Part shown: one piece after another, positions 55,064 through 63,390 of the stretch
Position numbering within the stretch: position 1 is the stretch's first letter
Layout: every line of letters starts with the position of its first letter
Assembly: GCA_012840085.1 (NCBI GenBank)
Contig: DUMB01000094.1
Span: 84,960-148,959, forward strand
Direction of reading: 5' to 3'
From: Clostridiaceae bacterium
GTDB taxonomy: Bacteria > Bacillota > Clostridia > Acetivibrionales > DUMB01
DNA: 64,000 nt
Made by a program: the position numbers and the translations under genes
The notes under the pieces: model-generated
The model's input: only the letters and a program-made list of their open reading frames with translations
Database searches by the model: none
What the model was told of the DNA's origin: nothing

Positions 55064-55726
55064 TTCAGCTCAAAGTCCTTTTCCGTCAGGTTCGGATAGA
55101 TGTCCGCAAGCGGTGAAAAATCCTCGATAGGGTTGCCCGCAAGCTTTAGTGATGTCAGCTTTTTTCATTCCTGCGATCGGCGTGATGTCCGTGATCTGGT
55201 TTTCATCCAGATAAAGACGGCACAGGCCCTCTGTCATACCGGAGAGAGCGCTGATATCCGTTATGCCGTTGCTGTTTATGTACAGGGCTATAAGCTTAGT
55301 CATACCGGCGAGAGGGCTGATATCCACCTCCGCTTTATCGTCAAAGGACCAGGCCAGCTTAAGGACGGTAAGATTTTTAAAGTATTTAAGCGAACTTATG
55401 TCCTTAATTCTCGGAAGGGGCGTTCCGGGTTCTATACTCAGGTCGAGTTCTGTGACTGCCTCAGACTCGGCAAGGGTAATATCGCCGGAGGGCTTGTTCA
55501 TGGCTGCCTGCACCTTTTCTTCCAGCACCTCATCGGTGAATACAACCACTTCGGGAGCGGTTTCTGGCGTGGGTTCAGGCGTGGGTTCCACCGTGGGTTC
55601 AGACGTTTTCTCGGACGCGGACTCCGATACCTCTGGCGACGGTGTCTCCGTCGAGACGGGCGCGCCGCAGGCCGCCAGGCCCAGCGCCAGCAGCAATGCC
55701 AGTAGTACGAATAGTGTCTTTCTCAT
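55060..55726 (-). pseudogene. Internalin-type leucine-rich-repeat lipoprotein, disrupted by a 1-nt frameshift in a homopolymer
   Basis: RBS GGGAGG, MRKTLFVLLALLLALGLAAC lipobox, Pro/Thr/Glu linker, LRRs (ITDISALSGM..L.LDENQITDITPIAGMKK). After the run of six T at 55160-55165 (A6 on the coding strand) the annotated frame becomes non-LRR. Removing one A restores LTSLKLAGNPIEDFSPLADIYPNLTEKDFELK*. Confidence 0.7.
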
Positions 55727-55827
55727 TGAAAAAACCTCCCTTAAATACAATAGTTTATAGTTTAACGAAATATTTTCCGTACCGCGTTCACATGAAATAC
55801 GCCGTTCTTTCAATAGCTCCGGCATTA

Positions 55828-56532
55828 TCAATGTCCCTCCCAATAATGCGAAAATTCCTTATGCTCGGTTTCCTTGCCGCACCTTTTACACTTTTCATAG
55901 CGGGTTCCGCAAGTGAAGTCAGGCATGTCAATCTCAGTATCTTCAACCTTATAAAAATCGTGAACCTCGTTACCGCAGGCATGGCATTTACAAAGGGCGA
56001 GCGTGGCTGCGTCAATGGTCGCGCCGCAATGAGGGCAGATAAACTTTTTCCTGAGTTCCCTTACGATATATTCGTTGTCCGACTCATCCGCTATTCGAGC
56101 GAGAAGCGCAGTGTCAACAACCCTATCTTTCGCGGCGTGACAGGCATAGGCGCATTTCGCCTTAATCGCAAGTTCTGTCAGTGTCTCTTGGTTCAAACTA
56201 TTCAGTATTTTTTGGATTTTTTTGTCAGATATGGTATTTACATACGACGCATTGAATAAATCCTGAACAGCTTTATCGTATGTTCCGCAAATACTGCATT
56301 GGTGGTTTACCCAAAGGTGAGGTTCCCCTTCAGCCCCGCAAACGGCACATTTTGAAACACAGCCAATTCGTTCCCATGTATGCGCGATATTTGATTCTTT
56401 ACCGCAGATAGTGCATTTCTCCACGCACTTGCCGGGTATCTGTTCCCATTGGTGTTCTTTATGTGTTGCGCCGCATCTGCGGCAATATCCGCTTCGCCAG
56501 GCATGACCGGCAATTTTACAAAGAAAACGCAT
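55828..56532 (-). CDS. Cys/His-rich repeat protein (234 aa): 4 N-terminal and 2-3 C-terminal CxxCG...HxW zinc-ribbon-like units around a helical middle region
   Basis: MRFLCKIAGHAW..CRRCGATHKEHQW..CTICGKESNIAHTW..CAVCGAEGEPHLW..CSICG...CPHCG..CHACGNEVHDF..CKRCGKETEH. About 21 Cys. Start at ATG 56532 (RBS GGAGG, 7-nt spacer). Confidence 0.6.
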   Translation of the reverse strand: MRFLCKIAGHAWRSGYCRRCGATHKEHQWEQIPGKCVEKCTICGKESNIAHTWERIGCVSKCAVCGAEGEPHLWVNHQCSICGTYDKAVQDLFNASYVNTISDKKIQKILNSLNQETLTELAIKAKCAYACHAAKDRVVDTALLARIADESDNEYIVRELRKKFICPHCGATIDAATLALCKCHACGNEVHDFYKVEDTEIDMPDFTCGTRYEKCKRCGKETEHKEFSHYWEGH

Positions 56533-56914
56533 ATGCACACCTCCGTGTATTACAGTTCCTATGCGCTGTCACATAAGAGGATACCTTCACGCAATCGGTG
56601 GCTATCTGTGCTCCGTTTGCTATTCCCCTGGTTGCGGCGAGATTAGCCATAAATGTCAGCGCATCATTCATCAGCTTCCGTTCTTTTGCGGTAAATTCCG
56701 CCAAATCTATTTTTTATTTTTGACAGGAGGGGTTTGCTGCGTTGTCTGTCGGACAATTGTACTCGCAGATTACTTTTTGAATAGTTTGTCGAAGATACTC
56801 TTAGGATTGCCTCCTTGTATATTGTGTTTTATTAATGTGTTTCTCAGCTTTCTAACAGCTCAATGAGCTACACCTGATATTTTTCTTTTCTTAGAGTAAG
56901 CCCCCGTCAGCATA

Positions 56915-57004
56915 TTAAAATATTTTCGTAAAAATAATGGTGCCGATAACCAAAAGGGTAAGAATAGCAGTAATGATACATGTTAAAATGAAGAATTGTT
57001 TCAT
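56915..57004 (-). CDS. Candidate 29-aa hydrophobic peptide
   Basis: AGGAG 8 nt upstream of ATG 57004. Sequence MKQFFILTCIITAILTLLVIGTIIFTKIF, 51 nt downstream of the 658-aa gene. Confidence 0.35.
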   Translation of the reverse strand: MKQFFILTCIITAILTLLVIGTIIFTKIF

Positions 57005-57055
57005 TGTTTTCTCTCCTATATCATAGATATTGAAATAAGTGCAATACAATAAGTT

Positions 57056-59032
57056 TCATGATACAGGCACAATATGAACTTTTGTACGGCCATCCAGGAT
57101 AATGTCAAGGGATGCACTTCCTGTATCATCGGCTCTGAACCTCATTTCAGTATCCTTTATCATATATTCCCTACCGGGCTTTAGCCTTTCAATGTCAATT
57201 TTCTTTGGCCCAGGACTATTCCCGTTGTATAATACAAGATCGAAATCGCTCCCATCACTTTTGGCCCGTGCTACAAGCACATCAGGATATTTGCATTCCG
57301 CCAGGATCGGCCCTGTAAATGCGCCCATGCCAGGACCTTTATGCATCATATTGTACCAGTCATCTCTTTCTGCGAACCTTGCACTTGCTATAATGGCATT
57401 AGCTGATACAGACGCGCCTTTATATGCAAGGATATTTTTATCATCATATCTTTCCATGTATTTGTCGGCTATTGCCAACATGTCTTTCACAATCTGCCTG
57501 TCGCCCATTTCACATGCTGCCACGGCTATTGTACCCAGGTTGTAACCAGGGGACCTTCTGAAGTTTCCTATATCCATCATGTTGTCCCATTCACCGAAAT
57601 TAACTTTTATTTCGCCATCCCTATAGGAAACATAATGTTTCTTTGCAAGTACATATGTACGCTTGGCCAAACCGGGATTGAGCGGATTAAAGAGGCGGGA
57701 AATTCCAAATGCAGTCAGTGCATTAAAATCAGGGGTAGTTTTTACAAATGTATTAATTCCCAGTAACGCATTACGCATGAAAGTGAAGTCCCCGGAAGGT
57801 TCTATAAAGTTTTCCATATAAGCTCTCTCGACCTCATCATATAAGCTCTCCAGGTTTCTTGTGTTATGGAGCCTGTCATATGGCAAAATAGCGTTTAAAC
57901 CGTACGCATTGCATATAGAAAATACCCAATGAGGTTCACATGGAAATAATTTTGTCGGATAATTCTTAAACTGCCTTACCAGTACATCCACAATGTCCTT
58001 TGCACTGTAATCATACGTTCTGCTGCTTTTTTTCGAAGGCTTAAACTTCAGCGCTCCGGGGGCTTCATATCGCAAATCACCTGTATTGGACCCGTATAGT
58101 GTTATAACAACTCCGGACCAACCCGAAAACATTATGTTTTGATTCCGTATAGGGTCAGGATCCCATTTAAGCATTCCGCCAAGGTATTCCCATTTCCAGT
58201 AGCCGCAAACCTCCGGACGGGTAAAGCTTTCAATTATAAACTGCTGTGCTTTATTCAGGTATCCATGGAAATTAGGAGTATAAGCGCACTGCATCAGTGC
58301 CAGCGCATAACCTATATAGTCCAACGAATAGCGTAATGCCGACAGCTGGAACTGTTCATTACTGTCATAGCCGGAAAAGTCACCCGGCTCCCTTAGTGTC
58401 ATTTCAAACAGATATCTTATAGCACTCAAGGCATCTACAGAAAGCTCCCGTTCTTCTTCAGGCCTGGCTGAGCATGCTTCCTTTTCCAGAGTTTCAATCT
58501 CTTTATCCAGGTACATTTCACGTTCTTCACACATTTTTAAACTTGTTTTATATTGCTTGTTTGAATAACGCAAAGCAGGCACAATGACTGCCGGAATAAC
58601 AATGAATGTAATGCCTGCAGAATAAAATTTGATATTGCTTTCTGCAAGAATTGCTCCCCCTGCAATAGATAATATCCACAGATAGATATTCAGTAACATC
58701 GCTCCGCTGGTCTGCATAAATGTCAGACCGAATTTATAAAAGAACATAAATATCAATAAGCCGAGTATCATACTCCAGATGCTTCCCACAGCAATCAGTC
58801 CGCTGCCGGGGAAAAACAGCCCCCACGCTGCAGCCTGAGCGCAAGGCGGGAAGTTCGCTGCTCCCAGTTTAGTCAACAAATAAGGCGTTATTCCGATGAT
58901 ACACATAGCAGTATATATAATTATCATTCTAAGGCGTATCTTTAAAAACCGGGGACTGGTTTTGTATGTCGGAACCTCGCTCAAGGGAGGCACGTGCAAC
59001 CTATTCTTAGGTATATTTTCTGTTGCGGCCAA
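57056..59032 (-). CDS. Membrane-anchored protein of unknown function (about 5 N-terminal TM helices plus a roughly 470-aa soluble domain)
   Basis: Hydrophobic N-terminal third, charged coiled segment (MCEEREMYLDKEIETLEKE), then a Trp/Tyr-rich globular domain. I have a faint recollection of linalool-dehydratase/isomerase-like (alpha/alpha)6 domains, but this is not verifiable here. Confidence 0.55.
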   Translation of the reverse strand: MAATENIPKNRLHVPPLSEVPTYKTSPRFLKIRLRMIIIYTAMCIIGITPYLLTKLGAANFPPCAQAAAWGLFFPGSGLIAVGSIWSMILGLLIFMFFYKFGLTFMQTSGAMLLNIYLWILSIAGGAILAESNIKFYSAGITFIVIPAVIVPALRYSNKQYKTSLKMCEEREMYLDKEIETLEKEACSARPEEERELSVDALSAIRYLFEMTLREPGDFSGYDSNEQFQLSALRYSLDYIGYALALMQCAYTPNFHGYLNKAQQFIIESFTRPEVCGYWKWEYLGGMLKWDPDPIRNQNIMFSGWSGVVITLYGSNTGDLRYEAPGALKFKPSKKSSRTYDYSAKDIVDVLVRQFKNYPTKLFPCEPHWVFSICNAYGLNAILPYDRLHNTRNLESLYDEVERAYMENFIEPSGDFTFMRNALLGINTFVKTTPDFNALTAFGISRLFNPLNPGLAKRTYVLAKKHYVSYRDGEIKVNFGEWDNMMDIGNFRRSPGYNLGTIAVAACEMGDRQIVKDMLAIADKYMERYDDKNILAYKGASVSANAIIASARFAERDDWYNMMHKGPGMGAFTGPILAECKYPDVLVARAKSDGSDFDLVLYNGNSPGPKKIDIERLKPGREYMIKDTEMRFRADDTGSASLDIILDGRTKVHIVPVS

Positions 59033-59054
59033 ATTTCTTTCCTCCTTTTCCTAA

Positions 59055-59387
59055 TTACTTTTCAACACAACACTGTCCTATATGTTCCAGTGAAACGTCC
59101 TGATCTGCTGAAATAACTTCAATACCGTGTTGAATATATTCGAAGCCTCCTGCCAGCCATATTACAGCAACCAGAACAGCTTCAAAGACTAAAAATCCAA
59201 TGATAATTTTCCTTCTTTTACGATCAGAGAATATACTTTTAAGTTTATCTCTTAGTTTAACTCTCGGAGGTGTCCAGAAATTTTCTTCGTATTCATCAGG
59301 CTCTTTCCTCAGTATGGTGCGCTTAAACCATCTTACAAATGCCATAATATTAAGAATGAACAGAGCACCTGCAACACAACAAGGCAT
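59055..59387 (-). CDS. Small two-TM membrane protein with Cys-Cys pairs at both termini
   Basis: MPCCVAGALFILNIMAFV...IIIGFLVFEAVLVAVIWLAGG...GQCCVEK. The stop lies 23 nt upstream of the 658-aa gene. Confidence 0.5.
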   Translation of the reverse strand: MPCCVAGALFILNIMAFVRWFKRTILRKEPDEYEENFWTPPRVKLRDKLKSIFSDRKRRKIIIGFLVFEAVLVAVIWLAGGFEYIQHGIEVISADQDVSLEHIGQCCVEK

Positions 59388-59433
59388 AATATACCCCCCT
59401 TACTTTATATAAAATGCCGTTCAAGTCTTACAC

Positions 59434-60411
59434 CTAAGCTTCGTGCTGAATCAGCTTCTTTTTCTTGGATAAATTTTGCATACTGTCAAAAGCAACAGCT
59501 AAAATCAATACAAGTCCCTTTATTACATTCTGATAGTAATCCCCGACGTTCATCAGTATCAGTCCGTTGCTCAGCACACCCATGATAAGTACACCGATGA
59601 AAACACCCAATATTTTCCCCTCGCCACCTTTTATGCTTATTCCGCCAAGCACAGCAGCTGTCATAACGTCAAATTCATATCCTGTTGCTGCATTAGGCTG
59701 TGCTGAATTAACCCTGGACAGCAATATTACTCCGGAAATTCCGGCAAAAAAGCCACTGATTGTATATACAGCAACTTTTAACTTATTTATGCTGATGCCC
59801 GACAATCTTGCTGCTTCCTCATTGCCGCCCATTGCATAAAAGTATCTTCCGAAATATGTACTATTTAAAATAAAACTCCCTAAAATCACCGCTAATACTA
59901 GTACTATAACAGGTATTGGGATAACCCCCAGATATCCCTGTCCCAAAACCGTAAATGATTCCGGGAAGCCGAATATCGGTAATCCTCCGCATATTATATA
60001 GCTTATTCCCCTGAAAATTGTCATGGAGGCAAGTGTCACAATCAGCGGGTGGATTTTCATACGTATAGCTATAAAACCATTCAAAAACCCCAAAAAAACA
60101 CCTGTGAAAATTCCAAGAAATGCCGCCACTACAGGACTTATTCCCAAATGAAGCATAGACCATGCCGAAATCATTCCCACCAATGAAACCTGTGCCCCAA
60201 CTGATAAATCCATGCCTCCGGATATCATTACAAAAGTGACTCCTACAGAGACTATTCCGAGCATTGATACTTGTCTTGCAATATTTATTATATTTGTGAC
60301 TGTCAAAAAAGCCGGCGATAAAAGCGAAAATATACCTATTAATAATAACAGTACAACAATTACGCCATATTTTTTAATAAATGATTTAATATCCATCTTT
60401 GTCGCCTCCAA
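59434..60411 (-). CDS. Sugar ABC transporter permease (RbsC/branched-type family)
   Basis: About 10-TM protein with motifs GGMDLSVG and AMGGNEEAARLSGI. Confidence 0.85.
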   Translation of the reverse strand: MEATKMDIKSFIKKYGVIVVLLLLIGIFSLLSPAFLTVTNIINIARQVSMLGIVSVGVTFVMISGGMDLSVGAQVSLVGMISAWSMLHLGISPVVAAFLGIFTGVFLGFLNGFIAIRMKIHPLIVTLASMTIFRGISYIICGGLPIFGFPESFTVLGQGYLGVIPIPVIVLVLAVILGSFILNSTYFGRYFYAMGGNEEAARLSGISINKLKVAVYTISGFFAGISGVILLSRVNSAQPNAATGYEFDVMTAAVLGGISIKGGEGKILGVFIGVLIMGVLSNGLILMNVGDYYQNVIKGLVLILAVAFDSMQNLSKKKKLIQHEA

Positions 60412-61932
60412 TTATCTATTACCTGATGCAAGTTCCAGAATATAATTCTGGCTGAATTCACTTTTACTTACTTCTCCGGCAACCTTTCCTTCGCAAAGGA
60501 CTATTATCCTGTCCGACATACCTAACAACTCTTCCATGTCTGAGGAAATCATAATAATTGTCATACCATTGTCGGTCAGTCCACGCATCAGGTTGTATAT
60601 TTCCTGCTTTGCGCCTACATCTATACCTCTGCTGGGCTCATCAAAAATGAGTATCTTTGTTTTAGTAGCAAGCCATTTTGCTAAAACTACTTTCTGCTGG
60701 TTGCCTCCGCTTAAATTCTTAACTTTTTGTTTAAGACCCGGAGTTTTTATCTTAAGCTGCTCTTTGTAATCCGAAGTCAACATATTCTCAGCACGTTTAT
60801 CAACTAATGAAAATTTGCACAAATCCTTTATTGCAGCCAATGATATGTTTGTCTTTACATCCAGTTCCAAGAAAACTCCCTGTCTTTTGCGGTCCTCTGG
60901 AATCAATCCTATCCCCATCTTTATGGCATCCTTTGGTGATTTTATCCTGACACTCTTTCCTTCCAGAAGTATTTCACCGCTTTCAGCAGGCTCAGCGCCA
61001 AAAACAGTTCTCACAAGTTCAGTCCTGCCCGACCCTACCAAGCCTGCCAATCCCAGTATTTCTCCTTTTCTCACGCTGAAGGAAATGTCCTTAATGCCAT
61101 TGCCGCATAGTTTTTTTACTTCAAGGACAGTTGGCCCCGGCTCCTTTGTTCTTGCCGGATAAGTTTCTGTCAATTCACGGCCAACCATCAGGCTGATTAG
61201 TTCCTTTCTTTCAGTTTCCTGTGTAAATTTTGTTGTTATATACTTTCCATCCCTCATTACCGTCACTCTGTCTGAAATCTCAAAGACTTCTTCCATTCTG
61301 TGAGATATGTATATAATAGTTACTCCTTTTTCCCTGAGCTTTCTGATAATATCAAACAGTATGCCTACTTCAGAGGTTGTCAGTGGAGCAGAAGGCTCAT
61401 CCATTATCAGAATACTTGCATTTTTGGAAACTGCTCTTGCTATTTCCACTATTTGCTGATAAGCCGTTGATAAATTCCTTACCGGTATATCAGGATTAAT
61501 ATCTATATTAAAGCTTTTGAATAATTCCGCAGCTTTTTGGGACATAGCTTTTTTATCTGCTAAAACGCCTTTTCTTAATGGTTCCCCCAAAAATATATTT
61601 TCTGCTGATGATAAGGCCGGAATCAGATTAAACTCCTGGTAAATGACCTCAATACCCTGGGCTTTTGACAGGTGCGGCGTTATTTTTGAAAATGTCTTGC
61701 CTTTTATGGATATAGTCCCGCTGTCAGGCTCAATTGCTCCGGAAATTACTTTAATAAGAGTAGATTTACCAGCACCGTTTTCTCCCAGCAGAGCATGTAC
61801 CTCTCCTTGCCTGAAATCCATAGAAACATTGTCAAGTGCTAAAACACCCGGATAGCTTTTTGTTATTTTATTCAACGATAAAATTATATTATCATTTTGC
61901 ACTATATCACTCTTTCCAATTTTGATTGACAC
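60412..61932 (-). CDS. Sugar ABC transporter ATP-binding protein with duplicated ABC domains (RbsA/MglA-like)
   Basis: Walker A GENGAGKST, signature LSTAYQQIVEIARA / LSGGNQQKVVLAKWL, Walker B ILIMDEPS / ILIFDEPSRGIDVGA. Confidence 0.9.
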   Translation of the reverse strand: MSIKIGKSDIVQNDNIILSLNKITKSYPGVLALDNVSMDFRQGEVHALLGENGAGKSTLIKVISGAIEPDSGTISIKGKTFSKITPHLSKAQGIEVIYQEFNLIPALSSAENIFLGEPLRKGVLADKKAMSQKAAELFKSFNIDINPDIPVRNLSTAYQQIVEIARAVSKNASILIMDEPSAPLTTSEVGILFDIIRKLREKGVTIIYISHRMEEVFEISDRVTVMRDGKYITTKFTQETERKELISLMVGRELTETYPARTKEPGPTVLEVKKLCGNGIKDISFSVRKGEILGLAGLVGSGRTELVRTVFGAEPAESGEILLEGKSVRIKSPKDAIKMGIGLIPEDRKRQGVFLELDVKTNISLAAIKDLCKFSLVDKRAENMLTSDYKEQLKIKTPGLKQKVKNLSGGNQQKVVLAKWLATKTKILIFDEPSRGIDVGAKQEIYNLMRGLTDNGMTIIMISSDMEELLGMSDRIIVLCEGKVAGEVSKSEFSQNYILELASGNR

Positions 61933-61981
61933 AAGGAGCTCTTTGGCTCCCTCTGCTAAAGCATTGTTCTCTTAAACATGA

Positions 61982-63061
61982 TTACTGCTTTATAATCTCG
62001 TCAAAGTTTTCTTGAGTTACAGCTCCTACTCTCCCTACTATCTCTTTATCCACCGTTTCGCCTTTTGACAGTTTTATTGATGTGTCCATGATAATTCCGG
62101 GCAATTCTTCAGGGTATATATAAACCGTTCCACGCAGCACTGAACCTTCTTTTATTTTAGCCAGTGCTTCAGGAGCTGAATCTGCGCCAAAGACGGCAAA
62201 GTCATCACTTGCTTTACCCGATGCTTTTACAGCTTCAACTGCCCCTAACGCTCCTGCATCATTAACACACAAAATGACTTTTATATTAGGATGAGCCTGA
62301 AGAAAATTCTCCGTAACTTTCATACCGTCTGTGGGATTGTCCGCCTGTCCTACAGCAACAATCTGCGCGCCGGGACATTCTGCTTCAAGTGCTTCTCTCA
62401 TTCCATCTTCCCTGTTTATTAGAACCGAACCCAATCTGTAATTTAATATACCAACTTCAGCCTTTCCCCCCAGCTTCTCATTAATCCATTTTGCAGCCAT
62501 TTGACCTTCAACATACCCTACTTTTTTATGGTCTATTGTTAAATAGCTGTCATAAGCATCGGTCTTACCACTTAGAGATACTATTTTAATCCCCTTGTCC
62601 ATTGCCTCCTTTATCTTGCTGCTAATAGCCTGGGCATCAACAGGATCAACAATTATTGTATCTACTTTTTGTGCGATCAGGTTTTCCAGAGCTGATATCT
62701 GCAGACTTGCATCCATTTTAACATCAGTTGTTATTAATGTTACTCCTTCTTCATCCGCAATTTTCTGACATCCGTCAACAAGGAACATATAAAGCGGATT
62801 GTTCGCTATGCTGGTAGGTACCATACCAATAACAATTCTTTTATCCTCATCGGATTTATTGCTTTCCTGTACTGCATCTTCTTCAGTTGCTTTATCTTCT
62901 CCAGTTTCTTTATCGGATATTTGTTCTTTACCTGCATCATCCTGCTGACCGGTATTTACCTCAGATATGCCAACATTTTTTGAATTGCTGCATGCAACCA
63001 TTCCAGTTAATAAACAGATTGCCAATAAGAAAACCGATATGAGCCTAAATGCCTTTTCCAT
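61982..63061 (-). CDS. Periplasmic-binding-protein-type sugar-binding lipoprotein (RbsB-like)
   Basis: Lipobox LTGMVAC, acidic linker, PBP type I fold signature (VDTIIVDPVD...ILCVNDAGALGA). Confidence 0.8.
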   Translation of the reverse strand: MEKAFRLISVFLLAICLLTGMVACSNSKNVGISEVNTGQQDDAGKEQISDKETGEDKATEEDAVQESNKSDEDKRIVIGMVPTSIANNPLYMFLVDGCQKIADEEGVTLITTDVKMDASLQISALENLIAQKVDTIIVDPVDAQAISSKIKEAMDKGIKIVSLSGKTDAYDSYLTIDHKKVGYVEGQMAAKWINEKLGGKAEVGILNYRLGSVLINREDGMREALEAECPGAQIVAVGQADNPTDGMKVTENFLQAHPNIKVILCVNDAGALGAVEAVKASGKASDDFAVFGADSAPEALAKIKEGSVLRGTVYIYPEELPGIIMDTSIKLSKGETVDKEIVGRVGAVTQENFDEIIKQ

Positions 63062-63222
63062 TTTCTTTTCCTCCTGACTTTTAATTTTTATTGTTCGATT
63101 GGCAAAACGGACAGTTTATTAAAGCTTCCGCAATGCTTCCGATTGAAATTATAAAGAATATGAAATATGAAGTCTTTTGATATATAGCTTAAACCTTACA
63201 ATTTTCTGCTCTGATTTAACAA

Positions 63223-63245
63223 TAAAAAAAGCCGTATGAATACGA
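63223..63245 (-). terminator. Weak putative terminator downstream of the AraC-type gene
   Basis: On the minus strand: GTCGTA ttca TACGGC followed by TTTTTTT. Confidence 0.3.
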
Positions 63246-63390
63246 CTGCAAAAAATTATAACTTCGTTAAAAATTTAGAATTAATTATTGACTTGAATAT
63301 CAGAGATTTACCCAGTAACAAGCTTACTTGCTCTTAAGTTCGGAACTCCTGCTATCGAAGTACTGGCACAACAAGTTATTCTATACGTAA

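Larger units (their letters stand above)
50911..56910. other. Compositionally distinct (higher-GC) block adjacent to tRNA-Ser; candidate horizontally acquired, decaying island
   Basis: Hand counts: 26/60, 31/60 and 41/60 G+C for 53401-53580, against 23/60 for 10021-10080. GC-rich codons throughout 52784-56532. Contains pseudogenes and frameshifts. No integrase or flanking direct repeat was found, so the boundaries are approximate. Confidence 0.55.

Noticed and set aside
55100-56259. Three overlapping plus-strand ORFs of 165-205 aa in the island (55100..55705, 55263..55760, 55642..56259).
   Set aside because: High GC suppresses stop codons in all frames. The translations are Arg/Gly/Ser-rich nonsense. 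The minus-strand genes have RBSs, lipobox or LRR logic and start/stop coupling.
56516-56704. 62-aa minus-strand ORF upstream of the 234-aa Cys-rich gene.
   Set aside because: It has only a TTG start with no RBS, and its 3' end runs through the RBS and start of the next gene. It cannot be excluded as a small gene, but the support is insufficient.
56700-57050. Direct repeat of the tRNA-Ser 3' end that would define the right border (attR) of the island.
   Set aside because: I found none by eye; only trivial AT-rich 9-mers are shared with the left border. The island boundary is therefore compositional only.
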